DNA of 64,000 bases from an uncultured Omnitrophica bacterium. GTDB lineage: Bacteria; Omnitrophota; Gorgyraeia; JACQQV01. The first letter of the stretch is position 1. Each line of letters opens with the position of its first letter. The DNA lies in contig CAMTXH010000014.1 in assembly GCA_947085655.1 (NCBI GenBank), positions 9,825 to 73,824 on the forward strand, written 5' to 3'. Below the pieces are notes generated by a model. That model was not told the DNA's origin and did no database searches. It worked only from the letters and a program-made list of their open reading frames with translations. This document shows positions 28,217-40,200 of the stretch, one piece after another. The position numbers were made by a program, and so were the translations under genes.

Positions 28217-28256
28217 TAAGATAGAAGACGTAACTTCTTAAAGGACAGTTCCTTCA

Positions 28257-31200
28257 GTGAAAAATTCAGAAGAAAAAAGTCCAGAAATCAAGGGACGATT
28301 TCCATCTTGGTTTAGACCTCTTGCCTTCATTGTGGTCGAAACCTTTTTATGGACGACTCTCTCTTTTGATATTGCACTCGCCTTTGAACATCACGCCGCC
28401 GTTCATCTCCGCCCGAAGGCCTCCACACTGAAAGACGGCGGAGTGAAGGGACTCCGGGAAGCGCTCCGCGGAGAGGAACTTTTGGACTTGCCTGCCGAAC
28501 CCTCGGTCGCTGAGGACGGTGCCCGAAAAGGAAAGCCGTTCCGGGGAAAATATCCGACCCTCCACTTCCTGCACCGACCCAGCGAAACCGGCGGTCTTGA
28601 ACTGTCCGGTTTCGAAACGGACATCATGAAGATGGCCATTGCACCGAGCGCCGGCTCCAATGAAGGCCTGTCATTGAGCAATGAAGAGGCCGCCGCCTTC
28701 TTCCGCTTTGCGAGAGCGGTCGGTTTTGAAGACCTCATGATGATTCAAAATATGAATGACCGGCTTAACCGGGTACCGGAAGGAGACCGGAGGCGGCTTC
28801 TTCAGGGTGCTGTTCCAAGTCTCAAGAAAAAAGTCGTTCCTGTTCTTCCCTACGTTCTCAATCCCTTCGATGAGGGACTCGCCGAAATTTTATTGAGCGG
28901 AACAGAAGAGTTGAATTATTCCCTCCAGAGCCGCTTGAGCGGCGCGTTTGCCAAGGCAAGCGAAGTCAAGGGAACACCGGTAGAAAAATTAGCCCATCTT
29001 AGAAATGAGCTTTTGGAAGAAGGGGACCCCTCCAAAGCAAGGCTGCTGCGCATCCTCGAATTGATCGCAGAGCTCCAGACACCGGAGGCCAAACGGAAGG
29101 CCATCGTGGCCTTCACCGCACGGTATCTTTTCTCCGTGGAGAATAGCTTGCAGCTTGTGAAAATTTTTGGGCTTGCGGAAAGGGGATCGGAGACCGCTTC
29201 GGACGGCGCCAGAAAAACCATTGAGGGGGGCTATCCTTCGTTTGAGTACATGCATCAGCACTTCAGCCCGGCCGAACTTGCCCTTGTCCGCTTTATGATG
29301 CATCCGGATGCGGCGTTTGACCTGCAGGGTCGACTGAGCGTTCCGGAAATCCTCTTCTTTTTCAAAGCACTCCATGCGGTCGGTTTTGAGAATCTCCTTC
29401 TGATTCAAAACGTGGAGAAGGAACTTGAACAAACGGCTTTGCAGAAGAAAGAAATCCAAGAAGCGATTCATGGACTTCAGGCAAAAATTCCCCCTTTGCT
29501 TGAAAAAGTCACCTTTTCAGGCAAAGCGACAATCGGTTTAAGCAGTATCTTGGCGACCAGAACCGAAACGCTGGACGATGGCGTGAAACATCGCCTCCAA
29601 AAGGTCCTCGGGATGATTCAGAGGGCCAACGACCGATTTGCGGTTCAGACCGTGGACGATCTTCGCGAAGGTAAGATGCGCCTTCCGGATTCCAAGCCGA
29701 ATCAGCGGCTTATCGCGATTCTCCGTTTAATTGCCGACCTCCCGACCGTTCCTGAAAAAGAGAAAGCGGCCGTCGCTTTTGCCAAGCGCTTCCAATTGGA
29801 TGACCAAGATCTTTTTCACCTCCAAAGGGTTATGGGCGTCTCGCGAGTGATGTCCGGCCGGCTTCCGAACGAAGAGCAACTCAGAAAGGGGCTTAACCGT
29901 TACATCCGCCTTTTGATTCTTTCTGTTTTGAGAAAGGGATCCCCTGCGAAAGTGCTGGCGAAACCGACACTTCGCGATTCCCAATTCAGCGACGAGGAGA
30001 TCTCCCAATTTCTGGTGGAGGCCTATCAGCACCCTGACCGGCTTGTTGAAACGGCACGTCGTCAGTTTGAGGAAGCCCGGGCAGGACTTGTGCAAAGGAT
30101 TAGTCCAGAGGATCTGCGGGGATATGAACATGCGCTGCTTCAGATGGGTCCGGAGATTCGCGGCTTTTTGGAGCAGTATGCCTTGGTCTCTCCGGAAGGA
30201 ACAGAGGGAAGAGCCGCTGTTGCATCCCGTGACCGCCCGCCTGTTTCTCCTCTAGAACCGGAATCTCAAACTGCTGAAAGCAGCGGGCCGCTCAACGAGC
30301 TGTTGTCGGTCATCCGCGATCTTTTTGTCCAGGAGATCGGTTATCCGCTCCCGAATGACGCACTTGAACTTTTCCGAAGACCGCTGCAGAAAGGGCAAAT
30401 CACCCCGGATCAGATCATCTTTCAAATTACGGAATTGAGCGACCGGCTGACCGACAAAGAAAAAAGAGCCCATCAGGGAGACCGGATTTATTGGGTTCGG
30501 TTTGCAAAAGAGGCCATTGCCATCGAACCGATTACCCTGATCCAGCATGGAAAAACCCCCTCTCTCAAAGGGGTGCCCTATCAAAAAGAGCTTTATGAAT
30601 TGATGAATCGGGGTGCCATCACCAACACCCAGGCCTACTGGACCAAGGCGCTCATCCGGCATGCCGGCTTTGATCCGAAAAAGCTGGGCGCCGTCCTCCC
30701 GGCCGAAAATGGGAGCAGGCGGTTTGTGGACTTTGGAGCGCTTATCTCGGTTTTGGAGGCAGCGGGTAGCGGCAAATACACGGATGAGACAAAGGCGAAC
30801 ATTGTGTACGATTTCTTCCGGCATATTGCGACCCGGGAATCCAGAAAGGAACACTTTGAGGATCCGCGCACCCCCCTTCATTTATTCGGCGCACTCTATC
30901 CTTTTGTGGAATCCAACGTCCACGCATTTATTTACGAGGTGACGGAGGATATCACAAAAGGGGAAAAGCGTTTTCTCTATGACCCCGAAGGAAAACTCCT
31001 TCCTCCTGAAAAGACGGATGAGGTCGTTCAAAAAGTCTCCCGTTTGCTTGCCGGCAAAGGAAGAAAACTGAAGCGGGTGGATCAGTATCTGCTCGGGCGT
31101 GTCGTGAAAACTGTCCTCACAATGGACTACGAAAAGGGCCCCTCTGAGAGAACCCGCGACGGCGGCACCCGGCTGGCGAGTCGGGCGAGAGGACGCCTCA

Positions 31201-34200
31201 GGAGAGCATTTCATAACTTCCTCCTTTTGACGCAGTTGGTATATTCGGTGACAGTGAGCGTCAATCCTCCATCTGCTGCCGCGGCCCTTCCGGCAAGAGT
31301 TGCTGTACACCAAACGGTCTCTGTGCAACTTCCAGAACCCGAGTTTTCAGAACCGAGGGTTGAGACAAAGGCGGTTGATGAGTCAAATAAACCGATTCTC
31401 TCCAGAGGAAGCCGTGGAGAATCGGTTGCCGATTTGCAGAGGATGCTCGAGAAGACGGTTCATTTCGACGAACTTGGACAACTCCTTGCAGGGACAGGTG
31501 TGGATATCCCGAATCTGATCGCAGGATGGAAAATCGACGGTCTTTACGGCTGGCGGACCGAGGCGATGGTTTATGCCTTCCAGACGAAATACGGACTGAC
31601 GCAGGATGGGGATGTTGGTCCAGCGACTTGGCCGAAACTCGAAAGTGCTTCAGAGACAGTCGGAACGCCCATCCATGCAAGGGCGAGTCTGAATGAAAAT
31701 CTTCTCCCGCAGGAGCCGCATGATGTCACCGAAGGGCCGCTCCTTGCGTCACTGACACCTGATGTCATGTCCGATGTCGCGATGACAGCCGCCTTTCAAC
31801 CGGCAGCTCCGTCCCCTGTTCCCACATCCGCTCGGCCCGGCACCCACGCCGTCGTTGCCCCTGTTACGAAAACAGCAGTCTCACCCGCCGGCACCCCTCC
31901 GACGCCCCCTTCTCCCGCCGATACGCTTTCGGTCACGGCTGCCGCGACCGCTGATACTTTGCAGGTTTCGGGCGTTCCGCTTCTGACTTATGATTACGTT
32001 TCGGGCGATTTGTCCAAGTACCCGATGTATCTTACGGAAGACAGAGACGGACGGAAAGGACGATTCGGCGGATTCACGGAAGAGGAGAGCCGGCAGGTCA
32101 GACGGGCCTTGCGGGGAGAAGACCCGGCCTTTCCCGGAAAATACAGAGGAACCGGAGCCATTGTCTGGAGGAGTCTAGGACAGACCCTCTGGCGGAATGC
32201 AGAAGGCGCCCGGGAGATGATTGAAGAGGCCGAAAACTTTGTGAACGAGGCGGTTTCTAAAACCCCTTCCACGGATGTCTCAAAGTGGAAGGCCTCTTTG
32301 TTCGCGCCTTTCCCTGTCGCAGGTGTTCAGGATGCGGTTTTCCTCATGGATCCGCTTGGGATTCCGGCAGCCAGAATCCCGGAGTATGTGGCGGGGCTTT
32401 CAAAGGCGGGGGTCAATACCCTCTTTGTCAACACAGGCGGTTTGATGATGCTGGATGAGGCCAAGCGGCCGGAGGCGCGGGCCAAATACAATTTCCTCCT
32501 TCTTGAAGCAAGGGCGAGGGGAATCCGGACCGGGAATTGGGTCTCTGACGTGGTTCTCATGGGCGATCCGTTTCTCCCGATGGCGCTCGACGATGTTGAA
32601 CTGATCCGGAAATATTTCAACCTTTTGGCGGACGAAGTCCTTCCGTTCGATTTCCATCTGGTTGACCTTCAGCCGATGGATGATCTTCAGTGGGCGAATT
32701 ACGTCTCCACGGTCCGCTTCATTCAGACCGCCCTTGCGGTAAACGGCGGCGGGGACCTTTTCGTTTCAGTCGATCCTCAGGAAGTTTCTCACGCCGAATA
32801 CTGGAACCTTCCGGACGGCGTCGGATACATGGTCAAGGCCTACGCGACGACAGAGGCGGGAATCCTCCATAACGTCTATCAGGCCAAACTCGGTTTTGCG
32901 GCATCCCTCTTTGACGGAGTGGAGGTGTCGGATGGCGTTCGGTCTCTTTTAGAGCAGGCGAGGTCCGTCAGCAAAGAGTTGGAGCGGCTCGCTGCCGTCA
33001 GAAACCACGAGGCAAGCCGCGGCCCGGCGGAAGCGGCTTTCCAGAAGGGACTTGAACTTCTGAAAAAAATCCGGGAGGCCTTCGAACCTGCCCTCGGCAC
33101 CGCCCGGACCGCCGAACGGCCTTATACGTTTGTGGTCGGAACCTCTCCGCGTCTTGAAGACGGCGACCGGAGTTTCTTTAGACAGGAGGACCGGATTGCC
33201 GCCGTGACCGGGGAAACAGCCGCATTTTTGGAGGGAACGGACGGAGAGACCTTTGAAGGGCGAAGCATCCATTTCAATTCCTTCCAGGACCAACTGCACG
33301 TTTTGAAAGGGGGTAAGACGAGTTGGGCGAAGGGTGTCCGGCTTCAGGTGGTGGACCCGGCCGTTCGTTGGACGGTCCAAGCGATTGAAGATGCGGTGAA
33401 TTTTATCCGGCCGGGCGTGAGACCGAAGCGGACCGAAGAGGTGAGCCGGCCTCTTCTCACCCAAACGGGCGATTTTCTGATATTGAAGGGAAAAGGACTT
33501 TCCGGCGGTATTTTCGGGGCGAGTTTTGAGGTGCCCCTTGCGGATAATCTAGGAATTCTTTACGGCACCATGACGGGACTCCGTGGCATTGCCTTTACCC
33601 ATGTGGCAGATATCCAGAAGGAGACGTTCAGTCTGCGGGTGGTGGATGCGGACGGAAACGTTGTCCCTTTGAAAGATGCGGACGGAAATGAAAGACCGTC
33701 CCTCAACGCGGAGGAACTCCGGGCATTGACCCAAGCGGGAAGGGCTCTTCTTCTCCCAAGAGACCGAGGCAAATTGTATGCCGAGGCGACCTTCACGGTT
33801 GCCAAACGACTGGATGACCGTCCCAAAGATTTAGGAAGGATCTATAGCGGCAACATCGTCATTCCGTCCAATCTTCCGACGCAGTTTGGATGGGAGGAGA
33901 CATTTTCAGAAGAAGTGATCATCCCGGCGGGTGTTGCAGAAAGGGAGATCACTGTTCGCTCCCCGATCGCAGAAGGGCAGGTCAGTCAGATGCGGATGTT
34001 TGCAGTGAGTGAGGTCCGGCCCCATCTGGAATTCATCTCGCGTGAAGCAATCAGCGGCCGTGAAATTCCGCGCTTTATGTTCGGGGAAGAGCGGTTCCAA
34101 ATCAGCGGGGAGGAAGTTGTCCGGGAGGGCCATGAGGTCGTCTTTCCCCCGCTTTTTTACGGTGTCGCGGATACCACCGCCTATTTTCCGTTTGAATTTC

Positions 34201-37200
34201 ATAACCGCGGGACGGTTCCGGTTTCCCGGTATCTTTATCACCTTGTCCTCACCAATCAGGATGCGGGGGTGACCCTTCCGCCGAATGGTGAAACACGGGA
34301 AGTGGTGTTGAATCAAGAACGCTTTCGCGCCTGGATTGAGACGGATGAGGAAAGCGGAAGACAACGGGTGATCCTTGAACCGGTGGACGGCTCTTTCAAC
34401 GGGGAAGTATCGATTGGGGGAGAGGTTTTCTCACCTCCCGTTTTTGTCTCGCGTCATATCAAGCTGAAAGAGGTCGATTTTCTTGCGCGACTTGAGGGAA
34501 ATCGGATTATCCTTGAGCATGCCCGGTTGGGAGAGGGACGTCTTGTGGCAGATCCCGCCCCCATTCCCAAAGAAATCCTCGGTGTTCCGACCGATGGAAA
34601 AACCGTTTCTGTGGAAATCGACGGCAGGCGTTTCGCCGGCCGGATGGAAGGAAACCGGCTCACGCTCGTTCATGAGGGAGGATTGATTACCGAGCCGGTG
34701 CTTGTTGACAATGTCGAACTGCAACCCTCCCATGTCGTTGTTGAAAGACTCGAGGTGGGAGTGAACAGCCCCGACACAAAAACCGGCGTTGATTATTCGC
34801 TTCGGGGTTATGTTGAAGGGGACCGGATCATCCTTGAACCGACGCACGACTCCGGACGCCTCAGAACGCCTTTCATGATTTACGATGAGCGGATGCTGAG
34901 AGGATCGCTTAGAGCCGAGGCGGAGAGCGACCTTGAGACCTACCTTGACCTCCGGCATCTGCCGCCGGGCGGATACAAAGTGAGCGGCATCGTCTACTCG
35001 GTCCATCTTTCAGGCGAGGAGATCCAACGGATCCGGCTGGCGGAGGGCGCTGCGCCGGAGGCGGACGAAGTTTTCGGAATTCATGGCAGTTTCCGGGTCG
35101 GAAAGCCGTCCCTTTCAACCGGTGCGCCCGGCGGCCATGGTTTTCCGAGGGCCCACTCTCCTGCAGCGGCTGTTGTCGAAACAAGCATTCGGAATGACGG
35201 GGACGCCCCGGTCACAGTCTATCCGGTCGGCGTCTCACAGAATAAGCGGACCGGCCGGGTGATTACAACGGATGAGGATCGGAGCGACCCGCATGAGGCC
35301 TACTTTGTCACTTCAACTGGCGAGCGGCTTGAAGCGGTGACGCTTGCAGCGGGCGAAGAAATGAGGGTCCGGGTGAAACTTTTGCTTCCGGAGGATCCGC
35401 TGGATAAAGAAAAGCGTGATTTTACCGCCATTCTGGTGAGTCTTCGCAAACTTGATTTTGAACGGCCCCTTTCTGATGTGAGGGGCGAGGTCCTTGCACT
35501 TTTTGACCAGGCGGAATCGGTCGGGGAAGAAGCACTTCAGAGCCGCCGGCAGGATGAGAGACGTCATCTTGAGACCCGTTCGGAACTTGAAAGGAATAGA
35601 GAGAACACGAAAGATCTGGATGAGGCGCTCAAAGGGCTCCGGGAGGGGACCCAAAAACTTGAAGCGGCCTTGAATGGGCTGGATGAGGCGAGACAGGACA
35701 TCTCCGAAACAGATGACCCTGAAATGATTTCCCGGATTGCCTCCGGTTCCATCGGTGCCGTCTCAAGGGGACTTCGAGAGGCCTCCGACGCCGTTTACGG
35801 GGTAAGGGTCCTTTTTGTGGACACTGGCAAAACCTCTCCGAAAGAAAAAACCGAAGCAGACGGCGCTTACCTGGGCGACCGGGGGATTCTTGCGCGGACC
35901 GAGCCCCTTCTTTACGAGGTTCAAAGCGAGTCGCTCCTTAGATGGAAATTCGAGGGGCTTGCCTCACAGATGGATGACCTCCGGAGGGCCGAAGCAGGCA
36001 TCCTCCAACTGGAGGCGGATCGGGAGCGGCAGAGAGAAGGTCTTGAAGAGGAGAGGGCGTATCTGGGACGGTCCCTCCGGGCAGGCCCGGCCGCCGTTTC
36101 GGCACAGGCCGGCAATCTCCTTTTAGATGCTTTGTCCGGAAATACGCTCATGGCGGATCTGGAGAATGCCATCAGCACCGTCATGAACGACTCCCTTGCT
36201 GTGAGAGTGGCGGAATTAAACGGGGATGACCTGACACCGAAAAAGCGCGGATTCTTCGGGAAGGTTGGGTATGTCTTGGGCAGACCGTTTGCCGCGCCAG
36301 TCCGTGCTATCGGTTCACTCTTTTCGGAGGGGGAAAAGCGGGTTCCGCCGGATCAGATGCTTCACGCACTCTTCCCTGATTCAGCGTCCGTGGAAGCATT
36401 CCGCGAGGCGACGTTCAATGCCACCCGGACCCGTTTGGAAGAGCAGGGGAAAGGTTCTCTGCTTCAATTGATGGATTTCATCGCCCTTCGGGATGAACTT
36501 TCCGAGTTAAACGCAGAGCTTGAGGCAAACTATAAAGATGTGGCAGAAAAAGAGGCCTTGATTGCGGCGAATGAAGAGGTCGACCGGATTCTGGAGCGGC
36601 ACGGCGGAGTGGCCGGAGTCTCCGAAAAAATCTGGCGGTTGGTTACAATGGTTCTTACGCTGCAAGGCAAAGAAGCGCCGGTTGTGACGGTTACCGATCT
36701 TTCGAGTCTTCGGGATGCCGTCGTCCAAGCGAGAGAACTTTTACCCGAGACCCTTTTCGCGCAACTCATTCAATCGATGGATCGTGAAATCTCGGATAGC
36801 CAAAGAAGGGAGGAAGCGATTCAAAGAACCCTTGCTTCCATCGGGCGGCTTGAAAATGAAAAACTTCCGGAGGCAAGGACGCATCGCGACCGGTTGGCCG
36901 GAGATCTTGCCGAGTTGAAAAAGCGGCTGGGCGAGACCCTTCCTTTGAATGCGGATGAATTGCGGGCGCGGTACCACTCGGTCCTTGCAGAACTTGAGGT
37001 GGCGATTGCGGAAGAGAAAGAGGCGGTCCGTCGGTTGGAGGCAGAACTCGCCGGGCTCAGAGAGCGGCGGGAAGCACTGACAAGGCAGATTTCGGTTGAC
37101 CTTGAGCCCCGCGAACTGCTGACACAACTTGAGCAGGAACTTGAGGCGCTTCGGGATCAAAGCATACCCGAGATCATCCGGCTTTCGGAGGAGGGGGAAC

Positions 37201-40200
37201 AGGCCCTGAAGAAAAAAGAATATGAAGAAGCAAAACGCTCCTTTGACCAGGTCCTTGCCCTTGAACCGCTTCATCCCAGAAGCGCGCAATCCGAAGAAGT
37301 GAAGGAAGCGATTGAACAGGCGAGGAAGGGATGGCAGAAAGCGGATGAAAAACTGAAAGAAGAGGGCCTTCCGGTCGGAAAAGTCGAGGCGACAAAGATC
37401 ACCCTTGCGCAGACAGACCGATTTTTGGCGGTCGCCATTTCATCCATGGAGATGCTCCGTGCAGAGCGGGAGAAGAAGAAAGACGAGAAGCGGGCTGAAG
37501 CGTTCCAGGGATATCTGGACAAACTCTTTGCCCTCCGGCAAAAACTCCACGGAATGAAGGAAGGAGACGACCTTTCCTCCCTTTTGGTGGAGGCAGAGGA
37601 GGTGTTGGATGAGGCGTATGAGTCGGTAAGCGGCTTTTCCCTCCGAGTCACCGGCGTGAATCTGGCCCTCTCCTTTGTCCGGGACAAACTCAAACTCGGC
37701 GTGATCGGATTGATTCCGGTTTTCAACGTGACGATTCCGGATGGCCGCGCACCGATGCAAGGCCCGCTTAGGGAGTTGACCCTCGGTGCGGATGCGGTCC
37801 GGATGACGACCGAAAGCCAACCCTACGCGCCTTCCTTTAAAGGGGAAGGAGAGCGGTTGATTGACCGGCTCTTCGCCGGACACACCCCAAGCCGCGAAGC
37901 GGACCGGGAGGCATTCGACCTTGAGCAGAAGATTCGCGAGACGGAACGTGCGCTTGGGGAGGAAAGGAACCAGCTGAAGGCGGATGAATCCCTGCTTGGG
38001 GTGTTGACGGAGAAGCCGATTCAGAAATCGCATGCCAAAGCGCCGAAGGTGGTGACCGCAGAAGAGAAGGTCACCCAGAATCTCATTGCCTCCAGAGAAG
38101 CGAGGGATAGAGCCCGTGAGGCGCTTGACGTGGTGCAGCGCGATAAACAATTCGCCGAAGATGCCGCGCTCGTCCATCAAAAAGAGCTTGAACTCCGGGA
38201 AGCACAAATTGCGTTTGACTCGGCAGTCGCCGATTCCCTTGCGGAAGAACTCGATGCATCGGCACAGATCCTTTACCGGCATCTTGTCGGACGGTTTGAG
38301 GCGTCCGAGGCGATGGTCCGCGCCCAAAAAGGATATGAGGCAACAGGGAAGTGGCATCTCCATACCCCGTTCCATCTTCTTAAAAATCCGAAACAGCTTT
38401 TTTCATTAGAGACATTTGCCGGCGTAGGGGCCGCCTTCTTCCTCGGTCGCGAAGAGATTCCGGGCGGAATGGGCAAAAAAGCGATGACCGCCGCCGGATT
38501 CCCCTATCCGGAGCATCCGCTCCTTTCGTTCACAACGGGCCTTGTGACCGTTTCAAGCCCGGACCAGGAACTGACGCTGGGTGCAGGGGCGATCTCGATA
38601 CCTGACTACCTGAAGCAGCTGGATGAATATGAAAGAGGACTCCGGGATGAAAGACCGACTTTCCCGGTCGGTGTCGGAATCAATTTTAAACTCAGTGAAG
38701 AGGATCAAAGACTCCTTGCGAAAAAATACCTCACCTCAAAAGAGGCGGCTTACATCATCGCCCGTGTGATGGCGGAGGAATATGCGGATGAGTTGATACA
38801 GGGCGTGCAGGATCTTTCCCGAAGGACGAGCGACTTGGAGAAGGGGAAAGCAGACCTTGCCCGGAGAAAAGAGGAAAAGCGGCTCCTTGGGCGCTTTATC
38901 CGCCGGCTTGAGGCCGATTCCACAAGGGCCGCTTCTGAACTTGAAAGAGCCAATCTGGAGGCGTTCCGGAGCGCTGCCGCGCTTGACAGTCTGAAGGTCT
39001 TGATGGCGCGCCAAAGGGAAGCGGAAGAGGGGACCGGAAATTACCGGTACGTGAAACCGCCGGTTCCGGGAAGCGCTACACCGGCAGACACTACTGCGAA
39101 AGTTTCTCCTGATACAACGGGTACCGCAACCCCCGCCTCGAAATCTCGCGGAAACAAAGCGATCCCGACCGTCCTTGGCGGAACGGCGCTCCTCTGGCTT
39201 GCCTGGCTCCTCCGCAAAAGCAGGGAGTGGGGAGAATCTGCCAAAGACGGCGGCAATAAAGGGATCTTTGCGATTCGAAATGTGGCAAAAGAGTTCAGAA
39301 CGCAGAAAGTCGCTCCTTTCACTGCCAAGCGATACGCCACACGGCGCGTGAGCCAGTGGGAAGAGCCGAAGAAGGTTGTGAAAAACGTCGTTACGTTCGG
39401 CACCGGTATCTGGAACAGAATGGGCCTTGTGGATATCACCCCTGCCAATCCTGAAACGGAGACTCAAGCAAAAATCAGAACATGGGTCCGCCGGATCACC
39501 AAGGGGGCCCTCTTCGGCACTGCCACCCTTCTTGCCGCATCCGCCTTTCCCGGCGTCGGCCTTTTGGCAACGGCCATGCTGGGCGGTTTAGCCCTACTCC
39601 CTGGCTCTATTAAGCCGCTTGCCACCGTGGCGCTCGTGGTGGGAAACATGGCGCTTGGAGGCCTCCCCTTCAGTTTTTGGCTTCTTTTCAAATCGGTGCT
39701 TGCGGTTCAATTTGTTCCGAGCGGTTTTGTCACCCTGCGGCATGCCGTTCAGAACTTCTACCAGCACTTTGCCGTCTCCCACACGTCGCTCAGGGAATCG
39801 GGAGAGCACATTGGACGAGCGAGGTTCGGGCGAGAAACGTACGTCACTCTCCGGACACTTCTCATTGGCGCAGGTCTTGCTGGCTTTTCTCTTCTTGGCA
39901 TCGTTTCGAGTCCCTGGTGGTTTTTAGGGATTCCGGCGAATCATCTTCTCTTCGGGTTTGGTGAACTTCTCTTCTCCTTGAGACGGCCTCCTTTGACAGA
40001 AGCACAATTTGCGGCGATCGCTTCTCTCCGTGGGCGGAGTCTTCAGGATTCGGAGGACCGGTTTAACCGCAGGGAGTTACGCGAGTTAAGCGACGATTAC
40101 AATGATTTCAAAAGGGAAAAAGAAAGAGCGGAAAACAGGAAATTCAGAAGCGAAAAAGAGAAAGCGGAGCTCTTTAATGCCTTCCTTGAGTATGAGAGGG

